Source: Malacoraja senta (taxonomy: Eukaryota). Taken from it: a stretch of 64,000 nt of DNA. The position numbers and the translations under genes were made by a program. The stretch lies in NCBI GenBank assembly GCA_038087875.1, contig JAXLNO010000395.1, positions 1 to 64,000 on the forward strand. Reading direction: 5' to 3'. The notes beneath the pieces are model-generated. The model searched no databases and was not told where the DNA came from. It saw only the letters and a list, made by a program, of their open reading frames with translations. Positions 23,831-36,270 of this stretch are shown here, in pieces; the stretch's first letter is position 1; the number at the start of each line of letters is the position of its first letter.

Positions 23831-25754
23831 ATGGAGGTAGGTGGGTCTGGTTCGTTCTGGAACATGGGGTGTGTGGACTGTTTCCAAGTTGGTGGGAGAT
23901 TGCACTTGTTTTTGAATGAATGGAGTTGGGTAATGTCAGATCAGTTTATACTGCACAGTATACAGGGGTTCCAAATCGAATTCCTTCCCATTTCATTGCC
24001 ACCCACACAGCATGCACCAAACCGGACGTTTGTTCATTCACAATAGGAAGGTTTGGATGTGCAAGCTGAAATTCAAAACTTATATACAAAAGGGGTGATT
24101 GAGAGGTCGAGTCATGAACCTCATGAATTCGTTTCTAATATATTTACAAGACAAAAGATTGATGGAGGATGCCGAATCATCTTGATTTGACTCTTAACAC
24201 TTTTGTGCAGTATAGACATTTTAAAATGGAAACCTTCATTACTGCCAAACAACTGATTTCCAAAGGATGCTTTGTGGCATGCATCAAACTCAAAGATGCA
24301 TACTATTCGGTACCCATTCACAGGGATCACCGGAGGTATTTAAAGTTTAACTGGATGGGCAACTGTGGCCCCGTTTAAAGCATTGCCTAATGGGTTAATA
24401 TCAGCCCCCAGATTATTTACCAAATTATTGACACCGGCGCTTGGGCTTCTTAGAGCTCAAAATCATATTGTTATGGCATACTTGGATGATATCCTAATTA
24501 TAGGAAAAACTCTGAAATTAGCTAAATTAGCTGTTTCAGCCACTAAACGCTTGTTTGGGGTTTCTCATCCATCCAGTTAAATCTAAGTTGATACCATCTA
24601 GAATTATTGATTATTTGGAATTTGCCATTAACTCTATTCACCTGTCTGTGACTCTGCCCTGGGGCAAGAGATTAGAATTAATAGAAGCCTGTAACAACCT
24701 GGTTGTTATTGAGCAACCATCTATTCGACAAGTAGCCAGTGTAATTGGCAAATTAGTGGCTGCCTTTCCAGCTGCTCAGTTTGGACCTTTGCATTATCAG
24801 AATTTACAATGTGCAAAGGAGCAAGCACTCAAACATCATGCAGGTCATTTTAACAGACCTATGCTGCTACCAGCTGATGCTACTTCAGAATTACAATGGT
24901 GGACGACCAATATTCGGCACTGCTCCAATACCAATTTAGTCAGCAAACCTTCAGTTACATTACAAACTGATGCTATTGCTCAAGGATGGGGAGCTACTAA
25001 TACCATCTCTAGTTGCGGTGCCAGATGGGATGTGCATGAATCATCATTTCTTCAGTCACGTGGTATTAACTATTTAGAGATGCTGGGAGCATTCTATGGG
25101 CTGAAGGCTTATTGTGCCAATATGCATCATCTACATGTTCAACTTCAGGTTGACAACACCACAGCGGTGGCATATATTAATCACATGGGTGAAATTAAGT
25201 CAGTATCCTGTGATAATTTGGCTAATCTTATTTGGCACTGGTGTATTGTAAGAAGCATTTGGATTTCAGCTACCTACCTGCCAGGTAGGCTCAATATAGT
25301 GGCGGACACCAGGTCACGTAAATTTAATGACAACATAGAGTGGATGTTGGATCATAAAGTGTTCACCGACATTATCGCGCGGTATGGAACGCCGGATATC
25401 GATTTATTCGCATTCAGGCTTAATCACCAGTTACCAAAGTATGTTGCATGGGAGCCAGACCCAGGGGCAGTAGCGATGGATGCATTCTCGCTAGACTGGG
25501 GAGGAATGTTTTTCTATGCATTCCTTCCATTCTGCCTCATCAGCCGGGTCTTGCAAAAGATCCAACAAGACTCCCCGTCAGGCATTTTGGTAGTGCCTGA
25601 CTGGCCTACACGGCCATCATTCCCATTGATACTGGGAATGATATCAGAGCCTTTTATGGCCATTCCCAAACGCAGTAATCTGCTGGTTCATCCCGTGACT
25701 GGGAAGAGCCACCCACTACATGATCGAATAAATTTGATGATTTGCAGACTCTGA
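23831..25754 (+). pseudogene. DIRS pol: reverse transcriptase, RNase H and phage-type N6-adenine methyltransferase-like domain; frameshifted in the RT
   Basis: VGGRLHLF..W, HFKMET, IKLKDAYYSVPIH, LPNGLISAPRLFTK, AYLDD; RNase H TDA..GWGA, INYLEM, VDNTTAVAYIN; MT DIDLFA..N..DAFSLDW..YAFLPF..LVVPDWPTRP. Confidence 0.95.
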
Positions 25755-26710
25755 GGAGACCTTTCATGGGGCTCGGACTGTCAGATCGAACTGTGGACGT
25801 GATCACTGCGGCTTGGAGAGATAGCACCAAGAAGCAGTACATCTCCTATATTAAGAGATGGGAAACATTCGGTTCGCAGTCCAACATCACGTATGACACG
25901 GCACGGGTGATAGATGTCTTGGAATTTCTGTCCAATCTATTTTTTGATGAAAGATTGAGTTACTGTGCCATTAATTGTGCTAGGAGTGCATTGTCGTCAT
26001 ACTTGTTGCTGGGATCGGGACACCACGCTGTCGGGTCTCACCCACTGATATCCAGGTTCATGAAGGGTATCTTCAACACCAATCCCCCCAGGTCAAGGTA
26101 CTCGGAGATATGGGATGTGAACATTGTACTGACGCTGCTTCGGCGGTGGGCTCCAGCTACATCCCTGTCACTGGTCAGATTAACTTTTAAAGTGGTTATG
26201 CTCATGGCACTGGTTTTGGCGCAACGGGTCCAGTCATTGCATAAACTACGACTGGACACAATGGTTACATCTGCCAGTAAAATAACTTTTTATGTGTATG
26301 ACTTAGTCAAGCAGAGCAGATCAGGGGCGTCAGGTCTCAAATTAAAGTTTATGGCATACCCCGTGGACATTAGGTTGTGTGTGGTCACACATCTACAACA
26401 GTATATTAAGGCCACAAAAAGTCTCAGAGGCACTGAACTAGCAGTATTTGTTAGCTAAAAAAAACCTCACAAGAGGGTGTCAGTGTAGACCATCTCGAGG
26501 TGGTTAAGACATGTTTTGGCTTGTGCAGGTGTGGACACTGATATTTTAAAATCTCACTCCACCAGGGCTGCAACAACATCAACAGCGAGGGTTTTGGAGG
26601 TTCCATTGGACCACAGGATGGTCAAACGAAAGAACTTTCCAAACGTTTTATAACAAACCCATTGCCAGGCCAGGGTGTTTGCTAACTCAATTTTAAGTTC
26701 TGTTTTATAA
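25742..26710 (+). pseudogene. DIRS tyrosine recombinase (YR), with premature stops
   Basis: ARSALS..HPLISRFMKG, box I AQRVQSL, SHSTRAA at about 26552-26572, and GWSNERTFQTFYNKP containing the catalytic Tyr. Confidence 0.93.
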
Positions 26711-27136
26711 TTTACCCTGGATGTGAGGGGTCTCTATTATTTCATATTCGTCAATTTTTTGTTTAATAAAAAGCATCAGCATGCTTTAAATCTATGTCAT
26801 GTCTGAATGCATTATGATTTTCACTCCTCCTTGGTCAACTCATGTCGTGTTCACGGCATGAAATCACAGAGCTTTGAAATCTTCACGTAGTCACTCACGT
26901 GACTCCGAAGTAAAATAGTAAGATTAAACGAGAACTTACCAGTTTGAAGTTTGCTCTTTATTTTATGAGGAGTTACGATGAGGGATTACGTGCCCTCCGC
27001 TCCCAACCCTCTCTCATAAAGGTCAGCTGGTAGTTCTAGTTTCTCGAATCTTCCTATATTCAGTTCAACAACTGTTATCTGTGATTTCACACCGCTGCTT
27101 TGAAGGTTGACGCGCATGCGAGCTGGCGGACTTCAC

Positions 27137-27780
27137 TAGCCAACTCAACCTCTCCCTTTAGCTCAGGCCCTCGGGTCCGGGCAACATCCTTGTAAATCTT
27201 CTATGCAACCTTTCCAGCGTGACAACATATTTCCTAGAACATGGTGCCCAAAGTTGAACACAATAATCTATATGTGGCCTCATGAATGTCTTACATACAA
27301 TAACTGCAATATGTCCTGCAACTTCTATACTCAATACTATGACTAATGAAAGCAATTTTGATTACCCTATCTACCTGTGATGCCACTTTCAAGGAACTAT
27401 GTACCTGCATTCCTAGATCCCTCTGCTCTACAACACTCCCCAGTGTACCACCATTCACTGTGTAGGTACTGCCTATGCTAGACTTCCAAAATTGCAACAA
27501 CTCACATTTCTCTGTATTCAGTTCCATCAATTTCTCTACCCAACCGATCAAAATACTGCTGCACTTTTTGACAATCATGATCATTATCTGCAATAGATAA
27601 TCTACAACGAGAGTTAGATAGAGCTCTAGGGGCAAGTGGAATCAAGGGATATTGGGTGAAGGCAGGCATGGGTTATTGATTGGGGACGATCAGCCATGAT
27701 CACAATGAATGGTGGTGCTAGCTCGAAGGGCTGAATGGCCTCCTCTTGCACCTATTTTCTATGTTTCTATGTTTCTAATA
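27137..27780. mobile_element. CR1 fragments (minus 27137-27590; plus tail 27606-27777)
   Basis: CR1 RT C-terminal motifs and a (TTCTATGT)n tail. Confidence 0.85.
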
Positions 27781-28019
27781 CCACCCGCTTTTTTGTCCTC
27801 ATCAATCATCTGTCCATTTCCTTCCACAGATGCTGCCTGGCCCCCTGAATTCCTCCAGCAGTTTGTTTTTTTGCTCAAGATTTCCAACATCTGGAGTTTC
27901 TTGTGTCTCTCTTGTATCTGCTCAGTCACAAGCATTCCTTCTGCCAAAGGAAGGAATGAGAAAGGTGAAGCTGCTCTGTGATTTGAGCAGAAAAAATAAT
28001 TTGTTGTTCACCAAGTTTC

Positions 28020-29400
28020 AAACATTTTTGAATTCTTCAGCAACAATTTTTTTAAAGAGTCTTCCTATTTGCCTCTTTTATCATCATTTCCTTCAACTTG
28101 AGGTTGTGTTTCAAAACATTTTCTATAATCTCATTAGTATTTAATGTCACTGTAACAGGAGCATCCTTGTCAATTCCAAACTATTCATCTAGTTCACCTC
28201 TTGGAAGTTTTTCGCTGGGTTTCACGAGTCTCGCCGTTGTCCCCTGTTTGTCTTTATCCACACAAAAATCCTTCAAAAAAGTTATTAATCTGATGAGAAC
28301 TAAAACTGGACGAAAACCTTTCTATAAACATGTCAAGATCCATAGTGTTCAGCAGTGTTTCGCTTTTCATCTGTTTCCATATGCAAGGAGCATTAAAGAT
28401 TTGAGTGAAATCTTGAATTTTTCCTTTGCAATTTGTCAGACTCCTCATAAAGTCAGCCTGGTACAACATGTTTACATGTTGTATTATACCCTGATGCATT
28501 GGCTGAGTTAAACTTGTCATGTTCACAAGGAGAAAAATAACTGAACTATTTCTATTCACAAGTTCTTCAGCGGGAGGATAAGTTCAGCAGTTATCTGATA
28601 CGAGCACGTTTACTATCTTCAGACAGTCCTTTTTTTAGGTTGATCTTGTCTTACTGTTGCAGAAACCTAAGGTCAGCACCAAATAAAAGTTTCCACTCCT
28701 GTCAAGGCATTACTTTAAGATTTATAATCAGCAGGGAGATGAGTGGTGTTTGTCAAATATCATGGCTTTGAATATTTCCCGATAACAAGTAATTTCATTC
28801 AATCTGAAGAAAGATCTTGACCTGATACATCACCTATTCCTTTTCTCCAGAAATGCTACCTAACTCGCTAAGTTACTCCAGCATTTTCTGTCTAATTTCA
28901 CTCAGGTTGGCATTTCTACACACAGAGGCATGGTTAAGCATTCTGTTTTTAAAAGCATGCCGTGACTTCTTCCTTTACATCAGCTAATGTTGTCTTTGGA
29001 AAGCAACACCACGTTAACCCTGTTGGTTCAGCATTATAGATTTGCCAGCAGTTAAATCATGTTCAATAACTCATTTTTTTGAAAAGTTCCACAACATTGT
29101 TTTTCTGTTTTGGCCCTGAGATACATAGGCCCTCTAATATTTTCAAGGAAAATCAGCCACGTAGAGTGTGATCGATATTATCAAGCTTTGCCACACGCAT
29201 TATCACCCTCTGACTTCAGGAAGAACTTTTAAAGCTTTACACATTGTTATTTAATGTCATGAAGCACAGCGCCACCAACATTGAATTATTTCATAAGAAC
29301 ATTACGGCTTTCACCTTTTCCCAGTCTTTCTTACAATATTTCCATTTTCTGTTTCAATATTATAATGACATGTTTTGCTTCATGTGACTGCCTGAAGTAT
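28020..29400 (-). pseudogene. Fossil pogo/Tigger transposase, Jerky-like (CENP-B HTH plus DDE_1)
   Basis: Manual minus-strand translation gives KHVIIILKQKMEIL*ERLGKGESRNVLMK*FNVGGAVLHDIK (HTH), QIYNAEPTGLTWCCFPKTTLA, LPADYKS*SNA, GLSEDSK..DNC*TYPPAEEL and VIFLLVNMTSLTQPMHQGII. A pLTR insertion lies at 28800-28895. Confidence 0.85.
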
Positions 29401-30329
29401 TCTCATCCAACATTGGGGGAAATGCAGGACAGTTGTAACTGAGGGTGGACTGCTCTGCCGTAGTCTGATGGGAGATAGCTCATGAACAAAACTGCATTGG
29501 AAACAATTTTTAAATATACAATTTTGAAAAACTATTATGAATTTGCCTAGTTTTGCCAGTTGCACGTGAATTCTGCATACATACATACCAGATACACATA
29601 AGTTTAATATACAGGCAATACTCATGTTATGGAGGTGTTGCACACCTGAAAAATGTCTGTATCATGATTTTCCATAACACAAAAGCCTATTCCTCATTGA
29701 CTCTCATGTTGTAAGTGAAGCGATGTTTTTTCTCCCCACAGTAATGATAGTACCATGACTGTTGGTTCAAGACTGTTGGAGACATAAGTAACAACAGATG
29801 TGGAAATCTGGAGCAAAAAACAGACTGAAAGCAGGAAAATAAAGGTGATGGGCGGAGATAGATGGGAGAGCAGAGCGAGCATATGGGTGCAAGAGAGGTT
29901 ATAGGTAGGTGGCAGTTTCTTGAATCTCCATTTAGCAATCTTTTTGGAATGGAGACATACACTTTTAAATGCACATAAGATATAATTTGTAATCTTGAGG
30001 GTAAACAATATATAAAACTCTCAAAAAGAAAACCCTGGAATTTGGCAAAATGGATAAAACAAAAGGTTAAATGCCAGGTTAAAACCCACCACACTATCTG
30101 TGCATGTGCCAAGAAATGTGAGTTGCAAAAATATAAATAGACACACTTTGTTGTTTTGTTCACATTTCATGTTTATTTTTTTTATTTTTCCAACATAAAT
30201 TTTGTCGGAATGAATGTTATTCCAGATCTTGAACTTTTGGGTTGTGATCTTTGACTTCTTTCAGGGCAAAATTCCACAACCCGAATGGACATAACGCAGG
30301 GGTCACCTGAACAAGCACTTCTATCTACT

Positions 30330-30520
30330 CCGTATGGAGTTTGTACGTTCTCCCTTGACCTGCGTGGGTTTTCTCCAAGATCTTTGGTTTCCTCCCACAC
30401 TCCAAAGAGGTACAGGTATGTAGGTAAATTGGCTTGGCCCAGTATGTGGGGACTGCTGATCGGTGTGGAACCGGTGGGCCAAAGGGCCTGTTTCCACACA
30501 GTATCTCTGTATCTCTAAAC
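30330..30520 (+). mobile_element. V-SINE, 5' truncated
   Basis: GGAGTTTGTACGTTCTCCC..CCTGTTTCCACACAGTATCTCT. Confidence 0.85.
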
Positions 30521-31190
30521 AAAAATGAATCAAAATATGAGAGATCTGCATCAAGAATAATTAGATCAAAAACAACCCAAAAAATAATGAGACTTTTCAC
30601 AGATGAAAATCATAATCATAATCAAAAAAGCAACAAGACATACAACTGCATACAAATTTGACATAAACATCCACCACAGCGGTTCCTTCCCATTCGCCAC
30701 TTCCTCCTTTTCTCCCACGGTCGGGGGAGTCGAACCATCCACGTTCGGGGCGATTGAAGCTCCCACAGCTGGAGATCGAAGCTCCCACATCAGGGCAGTT
30801 GAAGCTCCCACGTCGGGGCGGTTGAAGCTCCCGTGTCGGAGCGATCAAAGCTCCCGTGATCGGGGTGGTCATAGGTGCCACGGCTAGGAGCTCCTGAAGC
30901 TGGTCCCAAACCAAGGGACCGTGAGCTCCACATTGTTAAAGGACAGAGGCTCCCGCTGTTGAAGCTCCGAGGTCAATCACTGGCAAAGGGATCACCAGCT
31001 CACATTATTAAAGTCTGCAGGCTCCCACGGTTGGAGCTCCCAAGGGCCCAGCAAGAGGCCGCCAGCTCCATGATGTTAGGCCGCAGTGCAAACGGAGATA
31101 TGACATGGAAAAAGTCGCATCTCCTTCGAGGAAAGAAATTAAAAAAACTTCCCCCATCCCCCCCAATAACACAAGACTAAAGATAAACTC

Positions 31191-34100
31191 AAATGGTAAG
31201 ATTAAATGAGAACTTACCAGTTTGAAGTTTGATCTTTATTTTATGAGGAGTTACGATGAGCGATTACGTGAACAGAAGCCTGTCAGCCCGCATGCGCGTC
31301 AATCTTCAAAGCAGCAGTGTGAAATCACAGATAACAGTTGTTGAACTAACGTAGCAAGATTAGAGATGACTAGAACTACCAGATGATCTTTATGATACGA
31401 GGGTTGGGAGCGGAGGGCACGTAATCGCTCATCGTAACTCCTCATAAAATAAAGATCAAACTTCAAACTGGTAAGTTCTCGTTTAATCTTACTATTTTAC
31501 TTCGGAGTCACGTGAGTGACTACGTGAAGATTTTGAAGCTCTGTGAATTCATGCCGCGGAAACCGAGTCCACACAAGCACGACTGCATCAGTTGACCACA
31601 GATAAGGGAAACATTCATAATGCATACAGACATGACATAGATCTAACACATGCTGATGCTGATAAATGAACAAATAATAATAATAGTACCCCTCTCTTCC
31701 GGGGGGGAATCTATAAAATAAAACTTAAAATATGGTTGGCAAATACCCCTGGTCTGGTAATGGGTTAATATAAAATGTATGGAAAACTCGTTCATTAGAC
31801 CATCCTGCAGTCGGCAGGATGTGGTCCAGAGTAACGTACATAACCCTTGCTGCTGATGTTGTAGCAGCCCTGGTGGAGTGAGATTAGAAAATTAGTATCT
31901 ACTCCTGCATAAGCCAAAACCTTGTTTTAACCACCTGGAGATGGTCTGAACTGATACCTTCTTATGCGGTTATTGTAACTAACAAACATAGCTAGTATCA
32001 GACCCTCTAAGGCTCTAAGTGACCTTGATGTAATGTTGTAAATGTGTGACCACACATAACCGAAGGTGCCATGAGAACTAGTTTGAGACCTGACACCCCT
32101 GGGCTGCCTGCTTAACTAAATCATAAACATGAAATATCACATTATTAGCAGGTGAAACCATCCTGTCCAAACGCAATTTATGTAATGACTGGACCCGTTG
32201 TGTTGAGAACAGCGCCAAGGGATAACTACCTAATTAGAGCCGAGCCGAAGATAAGGATATAGCTGGAACCCCCTGGTGAAGTAATGTTAACACAATGTCA
32301 ATATCCCATACTTCCGTGTACTTTGGTCTGGGAGAACTTGAGTTAAATATATCCTAATAAACTGGATATCAGAGGGTGAAACCCGACAGAGCGGGTCCTG
32401 CTCGCTGCATCAAATATGATGAGAAAACACATTGGCACAGTTGATGGGACTATAACTTAATTTATTGTCATGACCCATTTGAAAATGAACTCTAAGATGT
32501 CAGTACCCGTGCCGTAAAATATATAACATAGCATTTAAACAGAACACTTCCAATCTCCTGAAGAGGAAAATGTACTGCTTTTTTGGTGCTATCCCTGCTC
32601 ACTGCAGTGAATACATACATGGATCGGTCTGACAACCCGAGCCGCAGGAGCAGTCTTCTCAGATTCTGTAAGGCAATGACTTAATTAATCATGCAGAGGC
32701 TGGTTCCCCGAGTCCCAGCAAAGTTTTATGTTTAGAAGACCCATATAAGGTTCTATTATTATTCCCAACATTTGCGGGAAACCATGGCTGCATAAGACAG
32801 TACGAAAACATGAAGCGGGATCTTGCTGAATTCCTTGCAAGACCCGACTGATGAGGCAAAATGGAGAAAAGACATAAAAGAACATTCCTCCCCCGTGTAG
32901 CGAGAATGTATCTCTCGCCACTGTGATGCGACATGTTTTTGCAACCGGTGAATGAGCCTGGATGCAAACCTATCGATATTAGGTGGTATTGAGCCATAAT
33001 GTCATAAAATACTTTGTGATCCAACATCCATTCTGTGTTGTCATTGATTTTACGTGATGATACACCAGCGCCAAATAAGGTTGGGTAAATTATAACAGGA
33101 TACTTTGACTTGATTGCACCCATGTGACTAACATATGCCACCACCACAGTGTATCAACTTGGAACTGAGCATGCAGTTTATGCATATTCGCACAATAACC
33201 CTTTAACCCATAGTATGCACCTAGTGTCTATAGGTAGTTGATATCAATAACTGAAGAATTGGTAATTCATGCAAATCCCATCTGCCTCCGTGACTAGAGA
33301 TGGCATTCGTAATTTTCCATCTTCGAGCACTAGCATTAGTTTATAATATAACTGAAGATTATTGACCAAAACTACTGGAGCACTGCTGAATATAGTTCGT
33401 CCACCATTGTGCTTTAGGTAGCTTCAGCCGGTAATAGCATTGAATTGTTAACAATGACGTATATGGCACTGGAGAGGTTACTACTTTGCACGTTGTAAGT
33501 TCTGATAATGCAAAGGCCCAATTACACTGCTGAAACACAGCTGCTATATTGCCAATTACACTTGATGAATAGAAGACTGCTTGATAACAAGATTGTTACA
33601 GGCTTCTATTGATTACAATCTCTTGCCCCAGGGCGGAGTCACAGATAAATTAATTGTTAAAGGTAAATCCGAATGACCAAACTCTAGTTGGTATCAACTT
33701 AAATTGAACTGGATGGTTGAGGGACCTCAATTTCTCATATATATTCGTGGCTGAAACAGTTAATTTTAGCCAAACACAGCGGTTAGAATATCATCCAGCT
33801 AAGCCCTAACAAGTGTTTTTTAGCTCTGAGCAGTCCAAGGACCGGTTTAGTAATTTGGTAGATGACCTGGGAGCTGAAGTTAGCCCATTTGCAATGCCTT
33901 AACTGTTATCATTGCCCCATCCAGATACATTTCAAATGTCTCCGGTGATCCCTGCGAATGGGACCTGAATAGTATTCATCTTTGAAATCGATGCATGCCA
34001 TAAAGATCCTAAGGAAAGCAGTTGTTAGACAGTAACAAAGTTCCATATATTGAAAATTCTATGTTGCACATGCCAGTTAAATCAATTATGAACCGACATC

Positions 34101-35739
34101 CTGCCTCGTACGGCAACTGTGGCCAGATTCCCGAGCCTGTCTAGAAAGGTAATCCTGGCCATAATACTGAGCCTGCCCCGAAAGTAAACTCTGGCCCCAA
34201 TTCCAAGCCATACTTGGTACCCTGTATACTGCCATAATAATCCAATCACATGTTATAATTTTAGTATATAACGGATCTGAATCTCATGTGATTATTGTCA
34301 TTTGTACAAACCCAAGTGTAAATATTACTAACTTGTAAATGGTCCACTTACCCCATGTTTCGGAAGAACCAGACCCACCTACCTCCATGGCTACTGGTGG
34401 TCTTATGGTAAGCCCTTGGACCTTGGCCTGAAAGACCTCTACTCAGCTTTCAAGCTGCCACCAGCTTCAGTGAACTGCTTACTGCCGATGAGGCGTGGGG
34501 TGTGTTGTCGCCAAATAGATGAAGCTTTTGCTTCCTCATCCAGGTATACCTGTTGGATAAGTCTTTATCTGAAGAGAAGATTCGGCGACCCCCAGATAGT
34601 GCTGTTCACTGCCGGCACTTGTAGCGTGAGGGGAACTCTGGCTCCTTCCGGGTTTTCTACCAACGGCTGGAACCAATACTTCCGGCAGTAACCCCTTCGC
34701 TTGCTAGTATTACCTCGCACTCCTCTCCACAGAGAGGGAGATTCGTAGGGAGACCTGAAAACAGGTGCTGCCGCAGGCTCCTGAGGATACCTGCGCTGAC
34801 ATGGCCCCTCCTACGGACCTATATCAGGATTATTGGTCTGTCAGACTGAAACTGCCCCTGAATGCTCCCCTCCTCAGAGAGGGAGACATTGTGCAGCCCC
34901 GAAACAGGTGCCGCTGCCGCGGGCCCCCGAGGAGACCCGCACTGATAACTCCCTCCTATGGAGTATATCATAGTGGAGCAACCTCTCCATCAGGTGCACC
35001 ATGTGGGTTTAGGCATCCGTAGACGCACCCATTGAAGGAGGGGAACCCTCCTGGCCCGACTTGCCCGAGTCCCAAGGCCTGACCGGCTTACTGCTGGTTT
35101 GATCCCTTTCTGGTGCACCATAGGAGCCGCTGACCGCACTGTCAGTGACTCGGGTGCTGAGACTGGCTTACTGCTGGTTTTACCCCCTTTGTGGGGAACC
35201 ATAGTGGTCTAGGTGCCGCTGACTGCACTGTCAGCTACTCGGTTGCCGAGACCGGCTTACTGCTAGTTTTACCTCCTTTGTGGGGAACCATAGCGGTCTA
35301 GGAGCCGCTGACCGCACTATCAGCGACTTGGGTGCCGAGACCGGCTTACTGCTGGTTTTACCCCCTTTGTGGGGAACCATAGCGGTCTAGGAGCCACTGA
35401 CCCCATTGTCAGCGACTTGGGTTGTGAGCCCGAATGGCAGCCGGCTACCCACGCTTCCGCGGTCCAGACCGGGATCTCCCCACGGTCCATAACCGCATTC
35501 CCCGCGGCCTGTCCGACTTCACCCCGAATCCAGCAGGCAAATTCTGTAAAGAGCTTCCTGCAACACAAAAAACAGAATCTATAAATATTTTTTGAAACTT
35601 ACCTGAAGATTTAAACTTACCTCTGGCAGGAGCAGCGTCCCTGCCAGTCAGCCGTTGCGCAATACAGTAGACGTAATGATGCGCATGCGGGCTGACGGGC
35701 TTCTATTCACGTAGTCACTCACGTGACTCCAAAGTAAAA
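31191..35739 (-). mobile_element. DIRS1-type retrotransposon (element 2): complete termini, heavily degenerate ORFs
   Basis: Right terminus 31194-31301, ICR 31418-31529, left terminus 35677-35739. Internal homology to element 1 (KINDNTEWMLDHKVF, GGMFFYVFSPFCLISRVLQ, TCTCACTCCACCAGGGCTGC). TTT is present at both junctions. Confidence 0.95.
35081..35422 (-). repeat. ~89-bp tandem repeat (about 4 copies) inside the gag region of DIRS element 2
   Basis: GAC(C/T)GGCTTACTGCT(G/A)GTTT recurs at 35081, 35161, 35250 and 35339. Confidence 0.9.
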
Positions 35740-36270
35740 CATACATTTTACAACAAACTAAAACACAAAGAAGAAAAAAGACGAGACAGACTGTTGGCGA
35801 GGCAGCCGTCGTATGGCGCCCCCTGGTAGAGCGCCCGCCTCCTTTAAATCCCATAAATGGACATTTTAATTACACCATAAAATCACCATAGTGCACTGCC
35901 GGGTAAAGATTAAGTCAGCAATTAAACAAATTATTAATAGTGGACTCTCACTAAAATAATTCACCCATTGATTTTTGTTCAATTGGAAAAGTGATGTATA
36001 ATGATTCTACATGCAAAACATTTCATCCAGAGTAATACATTTACCATTGCTTTGCTCAATGATTACCGAATGATTAATCTAGGTCTGGAGTAGATTGGTT
36101 TATGTTTAAGCTTAAGTTTAATTGTGCTTCATATTTTCACGCAATACAGCAAATTTACCTGAAACTATTACCCTAAAAAAATAATTGCCATTTATGTGCA
36201 ACTGCCATGCTAACTTCAGAAACACAACTGAACCAAGGGGAAATAAAATGCCTTGAGAGATGCCTTGAGA

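Larger units (their letters stand above)
22769..27136 (+). mobile_element. DIRS1-type tyrosine-recombinase retrotransposon (element 1)
   Basis: Left terminus TTTTACTTCGGTCACGTGAGTGACTACGTGAAG; internal complementary region 26881-26992 whose first part is the reverse complement of that terminus; right ITR remnant TGACGCGCATGCGAGCTGGCGGACTTCAC. ORF order is gag, RT/RNaseH/MT, YR. Confidence 0.95.
30597..35822 (-). mobile_element. GC-rich non-autonomous retroposon (same family as 84-722) split by DIRS element 2
   Basis: 35740-35822 is the reverse complement of the family 5' end (GGCGCC..GGCTGCCTCGCCAACAGTCTGTC); 30597-31190 is the body and 3' part. Confidence 0.85.

Noticed and set aside
25742..26710. 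Prophage or bacterial integrase with methylase (contamination or horizontal transfer)
   Set aside because: The domain order and ITR/ICR termini identify a DIRS retrotransposon embedded in vertebrate repeats.
35081..35422. CRISPR-like repeat array
   Set aside because: The units are contiguous tandem copies without unique spacers, in a eukaryotic retrotransposon, and there are no cas genes.
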